64,000 bases of DNA. It comes from Nymphaea colorata. Lineage: Eukaryota. Within the stretch, counting starts at the first letter, position 1; every line of letters begins with the position of its first letter. Below the pieces are notes generated by a model. It was not told the origin of the DNA and ran no database searches. It was given only the letters and a program-made list of their open reading frames with translations. Made by a program: the position numbers and the translations under genes. The stretch lies in NCBI RefSeq assembly GCF_008831285.2, contig NC_045138.2:29264001-29328000 (forward strand). Reading direction: 5' to 3'. This document shows, piece after piece, positions 11,960 to 25,900 of the stretch.

Positions 11960-13862
11960 ATTACCAATTTGAATTGCAAAATGATGCGAAATAATCGTTT
12001 ATTGCTAAATTCACGTGAAAGCAGTGTAGATGAACATTGAAACTTGAAACAGAAAAAGGAAAAATCTCTGGAATTGCAGCTTGTAAAAAAGAGGAGTCTA
12101 GAATGGTTAAGGAGGAAACCTATGTATCATATAGAGGTAATAGCAATAGTGGAAGCCTCGATCAGGATACCAGTGTATGTGCAGTTAAAGTTGTACCTGT
12201 AATTAAAGTTGTTGATGTTTCTTGTTGTCATTTATTCATTTTAACAAGCAATAGGATAATATCTCAACGTGTTTCCATTAATTTCCATTTATGAGTTCCT
12301 CCGTGTTGCTAACATTATGTTCTTTACTTTGGCACCATTTTTCTTCCAATCACGAACTAAATAAAAAATTATTTTGTTCAGAAGCTTTCATGTCAAAGGA
12401 GTTCTTAGATTTTTACGTTTGGTATATGTGCCCATTGCATTAAATTATTTTTTTCATTTATCATCTGGCCACGTACTGCTGTCTGCACGAAACGGATTCA
12501 ATGCTCCTGTCCTCAGCACGCTCGATCGGTAGCCAAAATCTTCAAAATTTTTCGACAGGTAAGAAGATGAAAACAAAAGCCTTTTATAAGGACAAAAGTT
12601 ATAAATTATAATGAAAAAAAATGGCCTCAAACAGGGTAGCGTAGCTAGTCAGCTCGTGGCATGTTAATAGTGTATTGAATTTCTATAAGTACTGCTATAA
12701 GTACTGCTATTCTTCGAGACAAAGGCGGAGCAAGAAAATTCTAACCAAAGGGCACCAGGCATACCGTTTTGGATATTGAACGTCACCAAATATGTAAATG
12801 ATGAAAGTTGCTCAGAAATATCACTATAAAACTAAGAAGCTTTTTGGGGGTCTGTGGAGGCAATTACCCACGCATAGCCTACAGTTGTCTCTATTATGCT
12901 CCTAGACTGCAAAAAGGTGGCAAATATAAAATGATATTTGATGGGTATATTTTAGGCCACCCACGTTGCAAAGCAGTTCTGGACCTGAGAGTTAGGAAAA
13001 GCTTCTTCTACATAGAATACTTCTCACCGGAAGAATGGTGAAGAAAGGCAAAGATCCCCTTGATAAAGAAAAAGAATACTCATGATCATTGAAAGTAGAT
13101 GATTAGCCAGTCGATAATTTTCTCAATTCTTCCGTTGGGGGACTACGGATCTGCTACCATATTGAAGTTTAGGTAATACTAATGAAATTGAAATTCAAAG
13201 GAGCAGCTCATTGAAGGGACCTTCGATCGGGCTAGTGGTCAAACTCAGTCTGTAAACATAAAAAAAGAAAAAAAGAAACAGAGAAAGCACCATGAAGACC
13301 TCTGGTTTCGGAGGCCTAAGAGAGAAGATGAGCGATACCTGTTCATTACGTTCACTGGCCATATCTAGTCTCCTCACTCTGGAGCCAATCAGTACCATAT
13401 TTGAATATTTTCCGTCGCTAATTGATTACCAGAATGAACGTCAGTCGTTTGGACGGCGATAGTTTGATTCGCCATTGTGATCCTCATAGCCAAAATTGTG
13501 TTTGCTGATAAACGAGGAAAACATCTTTCTACTGCAGCAGAAAGAAACTCAACCCTTCATTTAGAGTTTCTAATTTACATGGCAGAGTGAGTGCCCGTTT
13601 GATGAACATGGCAGAGTAAGTGTCCTCGACACATTTGCCCCTTTCATATAGATAATATACGGCTGAATGGCTTCAGATTGTAATACATGTCCATGATGTT
13701 TATGCTACGGTGGAACACACGTATAGTTAGTGAAAACGGTCTTGAAATTTGATCAAGGAATTTATTGGACAGAATTTCCGCTACATATATAAAAACTTGC
13801 TCTAAGTATCTACAAAGCCTTTTACGTCTAGAACTGCATTAATTAATATTTTCTACATCAGG

Positions 13863-16781
13863 TTAGTACATTATGTATCCTTCTTTTTCAGAGCTCTCCA
13901 GAGCATCACTGGAGGAGTCATAATCGGATCTTCTCTGTAAGCTTGGCAATTCATCATCACCAAGTTGGCTATGGCTTTTAGCTGGGCTTCTCCTGCCATG
14001 GCTCTGTTTCTGTATTTTGAACTCCTCCAACTTCAACCAGTGCCTCACAAGCAGCACCCACAGCCCAATGAACACCAACGCAATGGTGCCTCCGCCAATA
14101 GCATAGAGTGCCAATAGCACCCACTTCCTCCCCTTTCCGGATGGCAGGATAATCCAGGCGGCAGCCATGTAGGCGACCACCATGAACGCCACCGATATCC
14201 ACATCACCTTGTGCGTCACAGTCAGCAACCTGGTCAGCGTCCGGCGACGGAAGGGGATGACACTGACCAGGACGATGACTATGCTCAAGGAAGTGAAGAG
14301 CGCAACATCATTGCTCACCATGAACACCTTGAAGGCAGCAGTCCCGCCCATGATGGCCCGGCCGGCGAGCTCACCATCCTGGACAGTGCCGCCTGGAGGG
14401 CTTATCACTGCAGCGAACGTCACCGTCGCGATGAGGACGGCCACGACAGTGATCGTGTTTCGAGCATTTCGCAGGCCTTCGCCGTGAAGCTCAATGTAGG
14501 TCTTCCGGCGGCCATGGCGGCGCCTACGGCGTGGTGGCACCGTCGGTGAATTTCGGCGGCTTGGTGACATGGTGGGAGTCCTAATTACTTCCTCTGGGGA
14601 GGCGACAATTCTGTGTATGAGAGAGGAGGAAGGTGGCACGTCTCCACTTGCCCTGGCCCCGGCATTCCGGAGAGTGGAGCCCATCGACAGAGCACCAGAG
14701 TTGCTAGTGTCATTCTCAACAACGTCTAGTGCTGTGTAACCATTCTTGTTCAGTGCATTCACTTCCACACCCGTCTTCTCCACTATATACCTTACCATCT
14801 GGGTCAAGACATGAAGGAAGTGAACAACATTCAGGCGCAGAGAGAAAGGGGGAGAGAGACAGACAGACAAACAAAGAGATGACATACTTGAGAAAGCTTC
14901 CCTGCTACAGCGAGATGCAAAATGGTGTTGCCATTGTGGTCAGCCAAGTTCACCAGTTCAGTGACATCCAGCTTCTCCACCAAGTACTTAACTGCTTCAA
15001 ACTGGTTGTTCTTCACACTCAAATGGAGCACGCTCTCGCCTACGTTTGTAAGCATCTGCGAAGAATCAAGTGCAATAGAGAGTATCTCGTCCAGTATGGC
15101 AACCCTTCCTTTCATGGCTGCCCAATGTAGAGGACTTCTGCCTTCAGTGTCGCGGAGGTAGCACAGATCAGGGTTCAGTCTTAGCAGATCCCTGGTGATT
15201 TCAAGGTGGCCCTTGCTGGAAGCAAGATGCAGGGGAGTGAAGCCATGTTGGTCCACCTTAAAAGCGAAGTCAGGCCGTGCTTTTAGTATCTCACGGACAA
15301 TTTCTGCGTAAAATTTTCATTGCTACTGTCATCAATGGGATCCAGGAAACAACGGTTGTTCTCAAGAAAGGTGCATTCTGTTGACTGAATTCGGAGTTGA
15401 TGGTGATATAACTTCAAGAATTGTGCATGAGTAAATTATTCTCTTCCGCCAAATGATGGAACCAGTTTCAAGAAGATAGGATGATTCCTTGAAGAAGGAT
15501 ATATAATCTTCTATCAAACTTACCTTGCATTCAGTTCATCATTGTTCTGAAAGTTTTCAAGGGCACAGGACACTGGAATACGGCATAAGGCCCACATTTC
15601 TAGAAATAGGAAGCTGACGACAAAGAGGGGATTGAAGGAAGAGATATCAGATTTTAGGAAATGAAAAGTACTACAATAAATATCAGAAGATGATAAATTG
15701 CCCACAAGTTAAAGCAGAAGTTGCGGAAAGTGGCATACAAGTGGGGCATGTTTTAGCATTATCAGTTTCCTTGCATAAGATGTGAATCGCATAATGGGCA
15801 TTCCATATATAGGTAGATAAAAGTTTTCAATGTCAAACTCCACCTTTATCCTTTCTCCTTTCTCCCTTCTCTTTTCCTCCCTTTCTGTCTCCTGTTAAGT
15901 TTTTACATGGCATATAAAAGGGTTACTGTATGGGAAACTTTATGACCTTCGTCTTTACCTATGAACACCCCCCAGTTTGCATTCTCACATCTGTAATGAA
16001 AAGAGGTTGAAGAATAACTTTTCGCATAAGTTGGCAAAAATAGGCATATGATCACCTACTTAAACATTAGGGCAATGCAAAGTTACATAAAAGCCTTAAA
16101 GAAACTTTCGTCTTGGAGGCTCCCACCCCTCAAGCCTCCAAGCTCATGGAGATAGGGGAGAAGAATCCCCTTGCAACTTCGCGAAGTAGGATCCGTGGAA
16201 ATTACGAAAGCTATTAAGTAGATCAGGCTCCACACTTCAACAACAGAGTGAGCGGTGGTTACCTTGAACTAACAATCCACATGACACACATAGCGACAGA
16301 GATGTGCACAAAGCTTTAAGGCTTGGTTACCTGTATATCCGCAAGAGGCAGCTATGTGCAGAGAAGTGAGAGGGCTATCGACCTCTGCAGCCAGCAGCTG
16401 CCACCTGCTCAGCAGCTCCTTCACCACACTCACATGGCCTCGCTTGCAAGCCAGTGACAGCGCGCTCTCGTTCTCTGAATTGAGCTTCAAAACAGCACAC
16501 GGATCCATGTCAACCAACAGGCTTAAGACCTCCAAGTTGCCTTCACGGCTGGCTTCATGAAGGGGAGTCTCCAATTTCCTGTTTTCTGCCGATGCCATCG
16601 CCGGCCGGATCTTGATCAGCTCTTCTGCAAATCCTCTCTGCCCGAACCTCGCTGCAAGGTGCAGTGCCGTGTTCAAATAATTTGCATCGACTTGATCAAG
16701 AATTTCTTCATCCTCCTGCACCAATTGGTACAACATCGTTGTGTTGCCAGTGACTGAAGCATCAAAGAGCCTTCTGTCCAT
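13863..16781 (-). CDS. Ankyrin-repeat + PGG-domain transmembrane protein (ACD6/ITN1-type family), gene A; exons 16781-16331, 15303-14888, 14798-13863; ~600 aa
   Basis: Multiple TALH/TPLH/SPLH ankyrin repeats, PGG motif (TVVAVLIATVTFAAVISPPGG) followed by several TM helices. All introns are GT-AG with consistent phases (451+416+936 nt). Confidence 0.93.
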
Positions 16782-18911
16782 CCCTCCAGCAGATAAGAGA
16801 AAGAAGCGAGGGGGAAGAGCTTTAAAGAAAGTGGGTAGCTATGTATAGAGGATATTATTTGCCTAATTTTTTCCACACCAGGCAGCAGCCATGAAACTTC
16901 GCAGCTGGTTTTGTCCATACACGTCATGACAGTTTTACTGTGATAGCCGACAGGGAAAAATACAAGTCAAACAGAAGAAAGAAAGAACAAAAGTCACAAC
17001 TGAGCTGGTGATCCTAATGCTCTAAGATTCAGACTTTTCGGCTGATTCAATTTAAGCATCTCCTGTAGAAAGAGTGGGGGCCCTACTGTAAAGATGCCCT
17101 TGATGTGGCAGCGACCAAGCTATTGATGTCGCCATGGCCATCCGAACGCCAAAATGTGGTGAAGATTTCAGGGTGTATTGCTAACGTGGTTCAACATGAT
17201 CTACTTAGATATCAAAGGGGGAGGTACTCTGTGAACAATGGCTAATTGACTAACAGAACAAGTTCATGAAGTGAAAGACTGAAGTGGGTAAAAAGGAAGA
17301 AAGCCATGTATTCTAAAGCCACCTAACCTATTGTCTGACAACTATAAAAAGATGCAGAATTGTTTACTCGTTAAATGCCTAAAATAAACTCTTCTTCACT
17401 GAAATTTAGCTTCCAAACTTCTACTGTAAATGGCAAAAAAGGAGTTTCAAATTTCGTTTTCTTTATATGACGATGATGAGACGGCTATCTTCCAGCCACC
17501 AAACCCAGATCTCCTCTTAGTGTCCATTGTGTCCAATTAATTTAGGAGGGCACCATTTGGAGCCGAAAATTATTTACTGATCCTCAAAAGGAACGGATAT
17601 CGGTGGCATTTGATCTACTTGAACTGATAATTTAACTATCAACGAATTACTTTAACGATAAATCTCCACTTTGTATTTCCTACAACAGGCGAGCAAGTGA
17701 GAGAGAGGGCAAAATAAAGATGCATAGAAAGATAGATGACAAAACAGAAATCCGTTCAAGCTGGAGGTGAAAAGAAACTTTTAGGAAAGGGGGGATGCGT
17801 GTGTGTATGTGCGTAGGAAGCGAGTGAAATCTAGTGACATATGGTGCGAGAGATTCATATGGGTCCACAAGATCATTCGGTGGGGGTTTCCTAAAAATTT
17901 CTCGCCGACGACCTGGTAAGCATTCGTGGGCTTAATTAATCAAACACTCCCAAAATTATCGACATTGAAGTCCATCTGCTTGCAATACTCATGGTATCGG
18001 TGCGTAGTTCGCCATATAAAGGTCCATTCTGCCTCTTTTTAATGGGCAGGAAGAGAATTTCATTCTACCACAAAAAAGGTAGCTCAAGCCCCAACCCATA
18101 CCCCCAATCTCCTTAGGGTGCCAGCTTCAAATATTGGCAGACATAAGACAAATTCAGCATATATGTGCGGCACGCAGATAACTTATATATATATATATAT
18201 ATAGCCAGTATGTATTGTCATTTAAGGTCTTCGATGCGAGTGGAAAACTGGTTTTTACAACATTAAAATAGTCACTCTCCTCCCTTGAGTAGGTTCTTCG
18301 CATGAATTACTTGGTCGCCCGAGTGTGTTGAAAGCTAGTGCCAGTAGACTTCTCACAAGGCCCGAGGTCAATCCCCGTGAGCATGCACGTTCCCCACAAT
18401 GGGATTAGATAATTATTACCTATGTGATTGCGTTATCTGTTACTCCAGTACAAAGCAATCAAAACTTCTGCGATCATTTTTCAAGCTTAAATGGAAAGCC
18501 ACACGTATCCCATTCGGACCAGGAGCCAGGCTTCCCCATCTTCTCTTAATTTAGCGACTGCCTACTGCCACTTTTCACAAGAGGTGGATATGAGGGCCGG
18601 CGGCGTTAGGGCCTTAAAGGCAGACCCAAACTTAGACACTAGGCCCACATTTGAGCCTTATCCTTGCTTTCACGCTTAGGCTGCTTATGAGCTATACCTA
18701 CTTTTGGTGGGTTAAACTCATCTTGACATATCTTGAGTTTGAGATCTGATTACTTGGCCAACCCAGACCATGAGCACCCGTCTTGTCTTCCATGTCCATT
18801 CTCCAGGACTGGACCCGCACGGCTTAGGAACCCAGGGGCTTGCTGAGTCCACGGCCCAGTGCTTACCTCTGTTTTAGGCTCCACAAGCCAACCTTAAGGC
18901 AGAAAATTAAA

Positions 18912-18992
18912 TGACCAACTTTGTTATCATTAGCAAACATGCGTGTGCGTGTGTACTGACCAACTTTGTTATCATTAGCAAGTATGCGTGCG
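18912..18992. repeat. ~45-bp tandem duplication
   Basis: TGACCAACTTTGTTATCATTAGCAA occurs twice, each followed by ATGCGTG. Confidence 0.8.
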
Positions 18993-19595
18993 TGCACACA
19001 CATATAGCAGACTTGCAACACGTATCCTAACAAAAACTTATATAAACCAAAGTCTGAATTAAACATGTAGGTTAGTGCTAACTTTTAATACTTCTAGCTC
19101 AACCTTGAGTCTCTTCCACGAGACCGAAATTGAGCAATTGAGCTGAGAAATCCTTTCTGATTTGTTTTGCTTTGTAACTTTTGTGAATATCAGGACTGGT
19201 AAAAATTAGTGCGTAAGACCAAGAAAGTCGGTTCTCGGTTAGACATCAAGTAGTAGGAGGTTTTCATCAGACTTGCGTATTTTGGATTTGAAGTTTCATC
19301 CTTGAGGGACAACGCAAGCTTATCACTGCATCTGCAAAATGAATAGTTTGCCTCCTTTTAAATAACAATGCCGTTTATGGTACAGGAAGTTTATACTGAA
19401 CATCATTTTGAACATCATGAATAGAATAAGTCATTTACATGAATAGAATAAGTCATTTAAGAGGATAGTAGTTCCAGACAAGACCTGATGCTGGTTAAAA
19501 AGCTGTTTGCCTGTGGAACTGGTTGATATTCCGCCAGCAATATGCTGACTTTGCTAAACTTGTGTCAACTTACAGGTATGTAAAGAGCAAAGCCT

Positions 19596-21254
19596 TCAAT
19601 AGCTGTGCCGGATAATCGGTGCATTCGGGTTGACAATGCCCATCTGGTGACTCCACAGGGATAGTTGTCGAATAAGACTGATTTCATTTCTACCTTCTCT
19701 TCTTGAAGCATCTCCAATCCAATGGGACGCTCCTGATGAACTTTTCCAGCCAATTTTCATCATATCATTTCTCTTAGCTTCAGGGATCTGATCTGCTCCG
19801 GTGATACTTGTAGTCTTGGTTATCTCAGTTCCCACATCTCTATGATCAAGGACCGGTCTTCTCCACATTCGCCAGAAGAACAGAACACATACTATCGGTG
19901 CAACTATGCAAAGTGGCAGCATAAGCCATTTGGTGTATCCACTGTGTGATTGAAAGACAACAAGTCTGGATGACAAATAAGCTAAAATTGTGAACACAAC
20001 AGCGCTGTACATAGACCAGTAGATCTTTGGAAAATGCCTACAAACTGACTTCTGCTTGAAGGGGATAATAGTGGCAAGACCCATGACAATACTTAGTGAT
20101 GTCAACAGTGCTAGGTCATTAGTAACTGTGAAAATCTTGAAGAAAACATTTCTAGCCATGACTGCTGTGCCAATCGATTCACCACCTTGATATACGCCAC
20201 CAGGAGGACTGATTGATGCGCTGAAAGCAACTGTGGCAAGCAGTGTGGCAGCAACCATTACCGTCTCTGCAGCACTACCCAAGTGCTCATGGAACTTGGT
20301 ACCAATTTCCCTTTGATGGAAACTATTAAATAGGTTCTGGGACTTCTGGGACACTGAACTTCGGTTGTTTCTCGATGACGCATAACTTGGAACCAGGTAT
20401 TGGGTTGCCTTGCTCCTCTCAGCTCCAGCTTTCATTAGTATCAGACGTATAGAAAGGACATCAGGATTGCTACCATTTTCTTGTGTCAAGTCAAGAGCAC
20501 TACTCCCGTTTTGGTTGCAAGCATTCAATTCTATTGTGGTTTTATCGATAAGATACTCTACCATCTGAAACCAAAAAACGAAGTCAAATACAGGCTAAGG
20601 ATCTATGCAGTCTATGGATCAAACTTTCAATTATTTAAGAGCAAGTGTTAGTATAAAGAAATTGACATGCACATTGCATTTTAAGAAGAAAAGCTCAACA
20701 ATATGCATCAACATTAATGAACCTATTATCATGTGAAGTAGAGATTATTGTAAAAGAACTGATAATGTATGTTCTTTAGGAAATACATATTGTCCATTTG
20801 GAGTGAAAATGTCTCTCAACATCATCACACCTCTAATTTTTTTTTTCCCGAAGACACCAAAATCACCAGACAAATTTGAAACGTATAGTACCTAACAATG
20901 TGAAGAGATAACAAAGGTATGGAGATGCATTTATTTGATTCTTGCATTAGAAACATGACCAAAGTGGCAATTGCGTCTCAGTCTATGTCAATGTGATAAC
21001 CCAAATACCAAGAGAAACTTGAAACGTATAATACCTAACAATGAGAAAGGGGGAAAAAAAATGGAGCAGCATACATCAGAAGCTGCATGCATATGTACGC
21101 AGTTCATGTTAGTGTATGTTTGTCTCTGTCTATGTCATGATCCATCATTATGTTTGATGCTCATGAACATGAAAAAAGAGATCCACACTTTGTTGCTTTC
21201 ATGATTATCTGATGGTTACTCTCCTCCTTATCCGGTCGAGGAGAAGGGGGAGGG

Positions 21255-21294
<40 letters not shown>

Positions 21295-22943
21295 ATGTCA
21301 TACTTGGATGTGCTTTCCAGCCACAGCGAGGTGCAAAATTGTGTTACCATTACCATCCTGAAGATTGATAAACTCAGAGGTATCAAGTTTTTCCATCAGA
21401 TACTTGAATGCCTCAAGCCGGTTGTACTTCACAGTCAGATGCAGAGCAGTTTCCCCTAGGCTTGTTAAGATCTCAGCTATGTCCAGTCTTTGTGACAGAA
21501 TTTCATCTAAAATGCTAACCCAACCTTTTATTGCTGCCAAGTGTAGTGGTGTTCTCCCATCGACATCCCTCTGAGAGCAAAGATCAGAATCAAACTGCAA
21601 CAGCGCTCTTGTTACATCAAGGTGACCTTTCCAGCAAGCATGATGTAAAGGCGAGAAGCCAAATTTGTCAAAGGTTGATGCCAAGCTTGGCTGCACTTTT
21701 AGTAACTCCTGCACAATTTCTGCACAATTTTGTAACAAATTACTTCCATGAACAAAGAAGAAAAAATGAAAATGGCACAAGTCAGCGCACTTCCATGATC
21801 TACTAAGAAACATCCATATAGACTCGGCAATTGAGATAAGCCAGGGTATCACCACACTATTTTATGGGGTCACCATTAACTTTTTTGGTGTTCGTTTCGT
21901 GTCGCAGCTCCTTCGCATTGGACAGAGAACCTTATAAAAACATGCTACTGATATATCAGACATAGACTTTCATTAATTTCTCCAAGTATCCGAATTGTAA
22001 TGGTTCTTATGATCTTATCATCTTCTAGAAAGTTCACCAGAGCAGTCTGCGTTAAGATTTTCAAACTGATGCATTTCAGAAAGGATCAATTTTCATGCGC
22101 ACATTGTCATTGTGTTTATCGCAGTCAATCAGTTCCTTGACAGCTGTCAGTAAAAATGCAAACAGAATTGTTATCTACCTCGGGTTTTAGGGTTTAGGGT
22201 TTATTAGCATCCTTGATATCAACCATCTTTAATTTTGAAAGAGAGGATTCAATCAAATTGGGAAGCTAAATCTCCTGATTGCCTATAGGTGAAATGAGCA
22301 TTGCAACAAATTTCCGCAGAATTCCTCTACGTTCTCCTGTTCAATAATTGGCATACTCCCTTATTTGTCAAGGAAAGACCAATTTTTGTGAATCGAGAGG
22401 AAGAAGATCTTGCCGAAAAAACGGAATTAAACACAATCAACAGAGAATGACCAATTAAAGTTGCAACGACTAGAAAAGGAACAAGGAATCACCTGCGTGC
22501 CCGTACAAAGCAGCCGAATGCAAGGCAGTGAACGGCGAGTCCACCTCTAACCGCGACACCCTCGTATCCCTCAGCAGAAGCTTGACGACCTCGAGGTTTC
22601 CGGCATGGCACGCCACGGCAAGGGCACTCTCGCCGTCGCGGTTGAGTCTATAGGCCAGGACAGGGTCAACCTCTAGCATCAGCTGCACCATCTCCACGCT
22701 CCCCTGCCGGCACGCCTCATGCAGAGGGGTCTCCAGAGAGGCGTCCTCGGCGCTCACCATGGCTGGGCGGACGCGGAGGACCTCGGCGGCGAAGCACACG
22801 TGACCGAACCTCGCTGCCAGGTGCAGCGGCGTGGCTCGCGTCGCCGTCGCCACCTGATCAAGCAGCACCTCATCATCCGCCACCAATTGGCGCAGCACCT
22901 CGGCGTCGCCCCTTACGGAGGCGTCGAAGAGCCTCCTGTCCAT
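19596..22943 (-). CDS. Ankyrin-repeat + PGG-domain transmembrane protein, gene B (tandem paralogue); exons 22943-22493, 21719-21304, 20564-19596; ~611 aa
   Basis: Same start (MDRRLFDASV) and the same exon 1 and 2 lengths as gene A (451, 416 nt). PGG motif ATLLATVAFSASISPPGG, TM helices, GT-AG introns in phase. Confidence 0.92.
21257..21291. repeat. (GA)n microsatellite near the exon 2 donor of ankyrin gene B
   Basis: Uninterrupted GA run. Confidence 0.9.
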
Positions 22944-25900
22944 TGGCTTTCTCAGGGGAAAACAAGAGTTTGTACTGGGGAACGGAGATGAAGGACGATC
23001 ATGGTGCCGCAGAAATTGTAAAGAAAAGGGTCGACAGGGGTTGCAGTTCGATCGTTGACGATGGGTTCTGCCTGCTTTTTTTTTTTTTCCTTCTCTGTGT
23101 TGGCTTGCTCAACGACGTGCAGAGAGATTTGTCAACAGAATAAGAGGAAATTGAGGAGTGGCAGCGTTGAATTTGAGATCAAAGCGCGAAGAGAACTCCG
23201 ATGCCCATCACAGACCTATGATGGTAAGACTTGGGGATAGATGGGGAACGTTGAAGTTTGAATGGGGGATTAGGTGAGCAACTAAACTGCTTCAGCATAG
23301 AAATGAAAAATTCGCGTGGATAATAAACAAAGTCGAAGGAAATTCCAATTTGAAAACCGACGTGCGAAATTCAGAGCCTTGGCCTTGGCCTTGGCCTTGG
23401 CCTCTAGAAATTAGATGTTCTCTCGGTTCTTTTCTATCGAAAAATATCGGCATTTGAAGAAAAGCTTCAAAATAAGATCACACTGCTTTACGTTCTCTAT
23501 TTTGATCTTCGTTCCTTTAGTTGCATGTTCATGCGTTCGTGAACTGAACTTCTCTTGTTTTCTAGACTAAAGGAGGTGATAAATGATAATCGAGTCGTGA
23601 AACTTTTCGTTTTGGTAAGTAGATCTTGCATGCTTGGTCAAGATACTTATCGTTGCAAAAGTTCGGTCACTAACTTTGGAAGTATGCGCCCTTACTGCGG
23701 AGGCGCCCACCAAAGTTTCATTTGAAGACCAAAACTAGTTGCTTTGTGTTGACTAAAATGTAGAAATAAGTTTAAACTTAAAAAAAAAAAAAAAAAATTC
23801 TTTTATAGATGGGTCTCCAAAGATAACAATTTCTCGCGTTTCCTTTTTATCTTTAATTTCTTTTTCGTTGATAGTTGTCATCAGGCTGGCTACCAAATTG
23901 ACTAAAAAGAGAAAAATCTAAAACCTACGCCTGCTAGCTTTAGACTTTTTGTTTCACCTTAATTGATCTCTTGTTGGGTGGAAAAAATCAAGACCTAACT
24001 CTTATTTAGCTAAGGATGTAAACATGTTTGGCCTCTGGTTTGCTGTCATGTTTAAACCTAAAACATGTTTTTTTTTTTTCAAAACAGCGTTTGCTGTCAT
24101 GTTTTCAATAACCTGCTTGAGGGATCTTTTTTTCATCCAAAATGATGTTTTGGGGATACGAAATTATTCATTTTGCTTTGGTTATTGTCATAAATACTTT
24201 AACAACCTTGGTTGTAAATCATGCTATTGTGTCATGATTATCAAATTAATTCACATTACACCATTCTTTCTTTTTAACCATTGAATACTTCATATGATTT
24301 TTACATGTGCCTCACATCATCAACTTCTATTGAAATTCAAGTGTTGTTCAGATCTCTTTTTTTTTTTCCGCTACATATCTTCAAGTTCTATTGAAATTCA
24401 AGTATAGTGTAGGCAAATAAATTATTCATGGATTAAAACCCACAGGTTGGCCACTGGCAGGTCAAAATCTAACCAGCAAGGGCTAGAAGAAGCAACCCAA
24501 CATTTCAAGGGGTTGGTGTTGTTGCTGGTTTATCATCTTTGTTGAGTACTCAATGGAAATACTATTTGGCATGTTGTTTCTTTAATGATAAATCATGTTT
24601 CATAGAGCTTACAAATATTCGTTTGATCGATTAATGAAGTGAATATCTAGATTCAGCGTATGGTGGGTTCAAAGTGATGAACATTACCATGGCACTTTTC
24701 AGCTCATTTTCATCTCTTTTCTTTGTAAACAATAATAGCAGCAACATTGTTTAGTACTTATAGCTAATGTTAATGAAAGTCTCCTATAGTTTTCAAAACG
24801 TGATCTAAAACTCATTTTTGGTCGTCCAAACAAAAACCTGGTTTCAAAAAAGTGAAACCTGGTTTTTGATAGGTCATCCAAATGCAAAAACCGGGTTTTC
24901 AAAACTCAATAAAAAAATTGGTTTTCATAAAACTAGGTTTTCAGAAAAACCATTTCTTTGAGGTATTATCCAAACGCAACCTTAAATTTGAATACAACAT
25001 ATTTAAGCTAACCCTAAGGAGTTTGACGTAAATGGCCGGATTTAGTCTCTTATTCAATTCTCATGAACGTAAAACCCCCTCCATAAGCCAATGCAGCCCT
25101 AGACCCGGGGGCAAAGGAAAAGCCGGTAAACCTGGAATCCTCATCAGAACATGTTTAAACCTTACTTCCTTAAACAGTTGAGGTTGTTTTTTCACAAATC
25201 TTCCTCTTTTATGAATCTAGCTGGAATCCATGCTCATATCCAATCACCAAAAATTTGGTCAGTCATACATCTCATCTTCACCAACTTCATCAAATAGTGC
25301 TTGTTGATCTTGTTCATGAGTAGGAGGCTAACAATCTACCATCCAAAAGAGGCTCTCAGGCACCACCCCCCACAAACCGCCAACTCCGTGCCTCTGGGGT
25401 CTTGGGTTGTGTCCGGGTGAAGTGCGGATAGGCATTAAGCCACCATCAACTCAATAAAGTACCCCCTACTTTTTGGGGCCCAAGAATGTAACAATCATGG
25501 GAATCAAAGTTGCGACTTGCCATTTATGCATTCCTCTGCCCTGACCAGCTATGCTATGTCCCTTGAAGCCGGTACTTGTTCATCTTGGTGGCAAGTTTTA
25601 AAGTGAGTGATGGCAAAAGATTGGAGATCTTTTGGTGCCCTATAATTACAAGCAAGCGAAAAATTTTCACATGAAAGCTTTCCAAAAAACCTGAGTTTTT
25701 TGTGAGGAATCTCGTCAAAATTTGTAATGCTTTTTTTTTCTTCTTCTTCTTTTAATGCCACTAGGACTGAAAGACAAAGCCACCTGCGGGTTGGGCTGAC
25801 ATGGCTGCGAAGAACTTGTTTGAACCGGTGTCGCCAGAATTGGCTTGAATCTGCTGATTGCCTGATTGAGATCAAAATGATGCCAAACCAATTCCATTTG

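Noticed and set aside
18320..18400. tRNA/SINE-like A- and B-box impression
   Set aside because: Boxes are too degenerate; no cloverleaf, tail or TSD.
18514..18540. TCGGACCAGG...GGCTTCCCC resembling miR166
   Set aside because: Interrupted match and no complementary arm.
22182..22203. Two tandem TTTAGGG telomeric units in intron 1 of ankyrin gene B
   Set aside because: Too short to call an interstitial telomere or fusion scar; telo-box-like motifs are common in plant genomes.
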